From positions 20,212,001-20,276,000 of the forward strand of contig OX597832.1 of the NCBI GenBank assembly GCA_951406725.2: DNA of 64,000 nucleotides, in the 5' to 3' direction. A model generated the notes under the pieces. That model worked only from the letters and a program-made list of their open reading frames with translations, was not told the origin of the DNA and did not search any database. Shown one piece after another: positions 56,892 to 64,000 of this stretch (the stretch's first letter is position 1; every line of letters begins with the position of its first letter). The translations under genes were made by a program, and so were the position numbers. This stretch comes from Octopus vulgaris (lineage: Eukaryota).

Positions 56892-57691
56892 CAGGCAAAA
56901 GGCCCGACATTTTTGAGGAGGGAGCCAGTGTATTAGATCGACCCCAGTACACAACTGGTACTTAATTTATCGACCCCGAAAGGATGAAAGGCAAACTCGA
57001 CCTCGGCGGAATTTGAACTCAGAACGCTAAGACAAACGAACTACCGCTAAGCATTTTGCCCGACGTGCTAATGTTCCTACCAGCTTGCCGCCTTACGATA
57101 AACAAAATATTCTTTTTTATTCTAGGCACAAGGCCCGAAATATTTGGGTAGGGGCCAGTCGAGTAGATCGACTCCAGTAAACAACTGGTACTTAATTTAT
57201 CGACCCCGAAAAGATGAAAGGCAAATTCGACCTCGGCGGAATTTGAACTCAGAACGTGAAGACAGATGAAATACCTATTTCTTTACTACCCACAAGGGGC
57301 TAAACTCAGAGAGGATAAACAAGGACAGACAAACGGACTAAGTCGATCATATCGACCCCAGTGCGTAACTGGTACTTATTTAATCGACCCCGAAAGGATG
57401 AAAGGCAAAGTCAACCTCGGCGGAATTTGAACTCAGAACGTAGCGACAGACGAAATACCCATTTCTTTACTACCCACAAGGGGCTAAACACAGAGAGGAC
57501 AAACAAGGACAGACAAACGGATTAAGTCGATTATATTGACCCCAGTGCCTAACTGGTACTTATTTAATCGACGCCGAAAGGATGAAAGGCAAAGTCGACC
57601 TCGGCGGAATTTGAACTCAGAACGTAACTGCAGAGGAAATACCGTTAAGCATTTCGTCCGGCGCGCTTACGTTTCTTCCAGCTCGCCGCCT
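56892..57691 (-). mobile_element. Tandem array of four family A SINE units
   Basis: Units ~56892-57093, 57113-57276, 57277-57460, 57461-57691. Confidence 0.9.
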
Positions 57692-59292
57692 GAACTGGTA
57701 TAAATACTGACAGGGAAAAACATCCCTTATTAAATACCTGACCTAATACTTGGAAAAAATATGCTAAATATCAAAAATGATAATAATAATGATATAAATA
57801 GAAATGTAATAAAAAAAATCCAGTATATTTTACGGTATTGTACGCACTTTTGCAATTTCATTATCTTTGATTTTAGGGCAGATGGTTTTGTGAAATATTT
57901 TCAAAAATCCTTCAACTATGGACCACATTCTGTGGCTATAGGCCTAGGAGAAAAGTGAAGTAGAGTGTTAGCTTCATGAAAATCATCAAACATGGTAAGG
58001 AAATTATCAAGCAGTATTTGCTATTTATCTTTTTATTCTTCCAGATGGTTCCTTTTGTTTTAATACCACTTAATTATTTACTCTCCTACCATTTGCCAAG
58101 TTTCACGACAATATATCTGTTGAAGCTCACCTGGGCATGATGTGCAATGCTGTTCTTGTTTCTGTCGAGTGGCAAGACGAAAGGTCGCTAACAATTCATT
58201 ACATCAATAAGCCTCATTAGTTCGTGTATCCGTTCATAATTTTGCAGCTGATGATAAGGTCATTCGTCATCTTTAAGGAAAACGACTATTGTCTCCAAGA
58301 GATTCCCAAAACCTCTCAAGATATAACTGCTGGACAGATATCATTAAGTTTATCTTCAATTTTTCGGTCCTTGAATAAAATTTCAGAACTGGCAGTAGGT
58401 GTTCTCATTTAAGCATAAAACATTGAGAATTTCAAGTGCAGGTTACTTAACATCTTCCTCTTCAACATTCAGGCAGCATGGTGTTCCCATTAATTGATAT
58501 AGCGAATCGAGAGAAAGTCTAAGAAATTGGAATCACTTGTTAGAAGTGAATTTGATTCTGCACTGCCTACCCCCGCTTCGCCATTCAAAATGTTCCATCT
58601 ACAGCAATGGTGACAAGTTTATTTAGTGCAATATCAGCAATTTCTAAATCTATCTCAAACACAATTTATTTCCAGTGAAACTTTATAAAACCTCCATTAC
58701 ACTTAGTCCAAAAGTTATTTTTTGATACAATCTCTTAGGGAGCAATTACTGCCGTTGCTGATTTATCTTCTATGACTGTCTCTCTCTCCCAAGAAGTAGT
58801 CAGGATGTAATGACATTTTTGAAAACATTTAGCTCGTTCCCAGCTTGCAATATCAGTTTGAAATTAGAGATAGGTCTCTTTGGAGGCTGACGTGAAACTG
58901 GCGCTTGTACCATAAGTTACTGAAGTTTTGTGCTTTTTACTTTTGGTCGGATATTCTTACCACTTTAGCTTGAATATTATTATCTTTGAATGGTGTTGTA
59001 TATTTTCAGCGAAGAGTGTGTTGTCAGAATATATTACCTTGATGATATTTTAGAGCAGTTGTTCATCCCGAGTCTCATGTTTTCCAAAGAAATGCAACAT
59101 AATTGACATTTTCTGTCTCATCTTAAGTCTCCAAGTTCTTCACTGTTCCTTTATTTATTGTCCTCACCCCTTTTTGTATTGTAAACGCATAACCTTCGGA
59201 ATGTGATGTGATTTAGCGATATTAAGGCCAAGAACGTCTACACTTCATTTTTTACTACACCTATCTTGAAGATTTCAGACGAACACACTCAT

Positions 59293-59456
59293 GCGCAGGA
59301 GTGGCTGTGTGGTAAGTAGCTTGCTAACCAACCACATGGTTCCGGGTTCAGTCCCACTGCGTGGCATCTTGGGCAAGTGTCTTCTGCTATAGCCCCGGGC
59401 CGACCAAAGCCTTGTGAGTGGATTTGGTAGACGGAAACTGAAAGAAGCCCGTCGTA

Positions 59457-59499
<43 letters not shown>

Positions 59500-59718
59500 T
59501 TGTGTGTCTGTGTTTGTCCCCCTAGCATTGCTTGTCAACCGATGCTGGTGTGTTTACGTCCCCGTCACTTAGCGGTTCGGCAAAAGAGACCGATAGAATA
59601 AGTACTGGGCTTACAAAGAGAATAAGTCCCGGGGTCGATTTGTTCGACTAAAGGCGGTGCTCCAGCATGGCCGCAGCCAAATGACTGAAACAAGTAAAAG
59701 AGTAAAAGAGTAAAGAGT
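59293..59718 (+). mobile_element. SINE family B, full length, young
   Basis: Consensus-like copy with (GTAAAAGA)n tail. Confidence 0.93.
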
Positions 59719-59929
59719 ATATGCATAGTTTTCTTTTGGTATGTTTAACATTTCATATCCAGGTCTTAGCTGAAACATCTTAGTCAATCTGTTTTAGAAT
59801 TATTGGACATCTCTAGGAAAGTTTTTCTTCCAGAACAGCTCTCATCGAAATGTAGGATGTTGTTCTTACAGATTTTTTTTTATCACGAATTATGATACGC
59901 CGCTGTCATCTTTTTTGCTTTTTAGTACG

Positions 59930-60880
59930 TACTGTTTGAGAGATGCTACACGACGTTCGAATACTGTCTGCACTAATCCCAAGCCACTACATCAATAATC
60001 TCTACTTCAGCTTCAGCATCGATGTGAGATTTTCCAGTTGGTGCAAGGATGTTGCAGATTTTAATGTCTACGTAGTGTATTTCCTTTACAGACAAGTTAA
60101 ATATCCCAAATGTTGGGATGTTATACGCTCGCATAAGAAATTCATTGTGGGATATTGTCTTCCTGCAACAGGAGAATCCTGACTGCCATTAATTTTCTAA
60201 ATAAAAAACGAAATCTCAAGTTTAATAGTATCTTCCTTCAATTTTTTTAAAGTTTCGTGTAATATTCTTGGATCATGTTATTATTGTTCACATCACAACA
60301 ATGCCTAGGTATTCGTAACATATTTTATGCGGAACAGGGGAGATAGAAAGCCCATCGATGCACAGATTTTGGCTTTGAGGGACTGGTTTTCTATGTTCAG
60401 CAATCAAATACGAATTCTTCTTTTGACCAAATTTTATTCCTGTAGCAACTGGAAATGTTGTTAACTCCAGCACTTTTCGATCGTAAGCATTTTTATCACG
60501 GATTTTCAATTTATCTACAAAGAAAATATAGTTCACATTGGCAGTCGCAGGTTAGCTATTGGGTTTTTGTGAAAGAAATGTAACGGATATGAAACCAAAA
60601 TTAACAGAAATATAGAAAGACGATTTTTGGGGGAATATTTATAACATAGCATGCGATCAATCCGCTCTCATTTGTGTAAGGATTGTTGTCCGGGTGCTTG
60701 TGAGTCTCTCAAAGTGAGCAATTCCGGTGGCAGGTTCTTTTGTCATGTGCATCTACTGCAGTAACAATGTGTGTTGAATAGAGTCGAATGCATTTCCATA
60801 CTGTCACAATGATTTTCTGGTGTTTTCTATGTTGGCTTCTGACTGAACAGTTCATTTAGCAGCAGTCTTTTGTCACATTC
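59930..60880 (-). pseudogene. Degraded R4/Dong-like (RLE-type) non-LTR reverse transcriptase
   Basis: YGNAFDSIQH (~DYKKAFDSVPH), YIFFVDKLKI (~LFFVDDLKL), TTFPVATGIKFGQKK (~FS.DIGMKFG.DKC), CYEYLGI (~YKYLGI), ILAPTGKSH..VFERRVASL; may extend to ~58100. Confidence 0.8.
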
Positions 60881-61818
60881 ACAGACTCACTGCTCTCCCC
60901 AACTGCCAACCCACTTGAGAGAAATAAAAAGACAGATAGATAGAGTCCCACAAACAAAGTTGGATCAACAGTGAGCCACAGAAAAGGAAATGGGCTGAAT
61001 AGTTAAGAAGTTTACTTCGCAATAACGAGGCGCCTGGTTGATCCCATTGCGTGTCATTTTGGCCATTTACCCATAACAAAGTAGGTCGTCTATCATACCT
61101 AGGGTAAAATTTGGGAGTGAAATTGCATAGATGGAGATTCATTAGTATCACATCACATGAATTGTAACTTTATATCAATGATCCATACTACTCGCACGGT
61201 GTCATACTGACCCCGACTGAGAATTACTGTAAATTTACACCTCTGAAATTCTCACCCCACAACACGCTAATTTAATTCGCAGATAGTTCAATTGGTCTAA
61301 TAACTGAATTGACTTTGTTGATATCAACGGAGATCCATATGATACTTTTATATGAAAATAAGACGCGATGGACACGACTGGAACGCTTTCTATTCTAATT
61401 TTGTTCAATCACGTCTTAGAATACTGACAAATATATGACTGTTGGAACATGAATCAGTGAATCGAATATCGAATATTAACTATATACTCTGTGTATATGT
61501 GTGCGTGTGTGGGTGGCTTTGTGTGTGCATTGAGTACACAGTAATAGTTGGACTGAGTGATTCGAATATTACGTTATAAGGATGAATAGTGAATCAGAGA
61601 GAATCAAATATGTAGTGCAGTATAGGCTCTCTGGAAGGCTATAGATCTTTTATAAATATGTGTGTATATAGAGAAAGACACACGCTCGCACACACAGACA
61701 AAAGTCCAGGTTTATATACAGAAAGACAAAAAGAATGGGAGGGAGACAGTGAGAGAGAAAATATAGTGAGAGAAAGAGAAAGCCGAGTGAGAGAGGAGAA
61801 GCAGAGAGAAATGGAGAC

Positions 61819-61849
<31 letters not shown>

Positions 61850-61852
<3 letters not shown>

Positions 61853-62049
61853 CTTTATTGCCCACAACGGGCTAACCATATAGGGGACAAACAAAGGACA
61901 AAGAGATTAAGTCGATTAGATCGACTCCAGTGCGTAACTGCTACTCATTTAATCGACCTCGACGAAATTTGAACTCAGAGAGTAGGGGCAGACGAAATAC
62001 CGCTAAGCATTTCGCCCGGCGTGCTAACGTTTCTGCCAGCTCACCGCCT
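61850..62049 (-). mobile_element. SINE family A
   Basis: Head and tail match; small internal deletion. Confidence 0.85.
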
Positions 62050-62050
62050 A

Positions 62051-62136
<86 letters not shown>

Positions 62137-62569
62137 GTGTGTGCGTACGTGTATGCGCGTATGTGTGTACGCATATATATGGGTGTATATATTTATATAC
62201 AAATGTGTGTGTGTGTGTTTGAGTGTGCGTCTGTATAGATATGTGTGTGTGCGTGCGCACGCATCCATATTGTCCTTGGATTTTATCTGATGAGCAATCA
62301 TTCCTGCAGACTGTATATCTGGAGGCGAATAAACTCCGTAAGGTTTGACCGGTCACTATCGCATGGCTGTTTTAATAACTGAGATTACCGTTGCGGTTTA
62401 CCGGAGTTGAGAGAAATCGTATAAACGGACAAGCGCAGTAAGAAGAAAATAAATAAAGATTCGTGGTACGTTGATATCAGGGAGGAAAATCTGACTCGGC
62501 TTTGATAAGAGAAGAAAAGGTAAAAAAAACAAAACAAAAAGGAAAATGAAAGGAGAAAAGAAAATATGA

Positions 62570-62711
62570 AATGACGGTGATTGTGACGACGATGATAATG
62601 ATGATGATGGTGGTGTTGTTGGTGGTGGTGGTGGTGGTGGTGGTGGTGACGATGATGATGATGACGATGATGATGATGATGATGATGACGATGATGATGA
62701 TGATGATGAGA

Positions 62712-62743
<32 letters not shown>

Positions 62744-63001
62744 AATGATGGCGATGATGATGATGATGAGAATGATACTGATGGTGGTGGTGATGATGAT
62801 GATGAGAATGATGATGATGATGATGATTAATGCTAATGTGGCAAATGTGGTAAAAGCAGCCAACAAAACAACAAATTCTACTACTACTACTACTACTACA
62901 ACGCCTACTATTGCTGCTGCTCTTGCTGCTAATATTAATATACTACTACTACTACTACTACTGCTACTACTACTACTGATAATAATAATAATAATAATAA
63001 T

Positions 63002-63056
<55 letters not shown>

Positions 63057-63275
63057 CTTTTCTACTATAGGCACGAGGCCAGAAATTTGTGGGAAGGAAA
63101 CTAATCGATTACGTCGGCCCCAGTGTTTCACTGGTACTTTATTTGTCGATCTCGAGAGGATGAAAGGCAAAGTCGACTTCGGCCGAATATTCGCGATGAT
63201 GATGATGATGACGATGAAGATGATGATAATAATAATAATATTTATAATAATATTTAAAATATTTCTAATAATATT

Positions 63276-63366
<91 letters not shown>

Positions 63367-63470
63367 TTAGTAATAACAGTGATGATAATAGTAATAACAA
63401 TGATGATAATAATAGTATTAACATACTAATAGTACTAGCAGCAACAACATCAGCGGCAGCAGATTTATAT

Positions 63471-63538
<68 letters not shown>

Positions 63539-63550
63539 TGTTGTTGTTGA
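62570..63550. repeat. Compound trinucleotide microsatellites (GAT/GGT/ACT/AAT/AAC/AGT) with a family A SINE fragment at 63058-63190
   Basis: Direct inspection. Confidence 0.9.
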
Positions 63551-64000
63551 TGTTGTTGTAGTTGCCGTTGTAGTAGCTGCATCAGCAGCAGCAATGTTGC
63601 CGGGGTTAATCAATGTTCCTTCTAAACAATCAAAATACGCGACGTTTTTACACCGTTTCAAACGAGACGTAGCTTGCAGTAAAATGGCCACCACAAGCAA
63701 ACCGGTCGTATCCTCATACCATACATCAGCTTTAGTATGTTGTGTGTCTTAGAAATCCCATATCGCCAATGGTCAGTCTGTGTGTCCAGCCAAAAATACA
63801 GAGCAGGTTTCGAACGAAATTGTGCTTTCCTTTTAGTCAGCAGTTTTATGTCTTCTGTCCAGCAATAAATGCTTTTACGACGGCAAAGTCGGAAGAACAG
63901 CTCCGCGGCTTTATTATTTTTTTTTTCTCTTCCGTGTCAGCGTAAACTAGCGGATCATCTTTCGTTTCAATATGGTCAGATTTGGCGGCGAATTAACCCG

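Noticed and set aside
62287-62340. CUGAUGAGC..GCGAAU
   Set aside because: Lacks GAAA, stem III and stem I complementarity

Overview
AT-rich, microsatellite-saturated eukaryotic non-coding DNA. Its repeat content (tRNA-derived CORE-like and Meta-like SINEs with internal (TA)n/(CA)n tracts, RTE/R4/CR1-type LINE relics, a mariner relic) points to an Octopus (coleoid cephalopod) genome; this is inferred from recalled repeat motifs, not a search. No host protein-coding exon could be supported, and nearly all supplied ORFs are translations of microsatellites or SINEs. Recognisable coding relics are a Penelope-like (PLE) GIY-YIG endonuclease C-terminus, two RTE-clade 3' fragments with TSDs, an R4/Dong-like RT, a CR1/L2-group 3' end and a mariner transposase N-half. 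The main unexplained signal is at least 13 minimal type-I hammerhead ribozyme (HHR) motifs in PLE-type terminal repeats, most of them abutting (TA)n. They fall into several core variants: canonical CUGAAGA, U4C, a multi-copy family with fixed A6U, and two compensatory swaps of the tertiary 3-8 pair (A3-U8 and G3-C8). All folds were derived by eye, and repeat boundaries are approximate unless a TSD is quoted.
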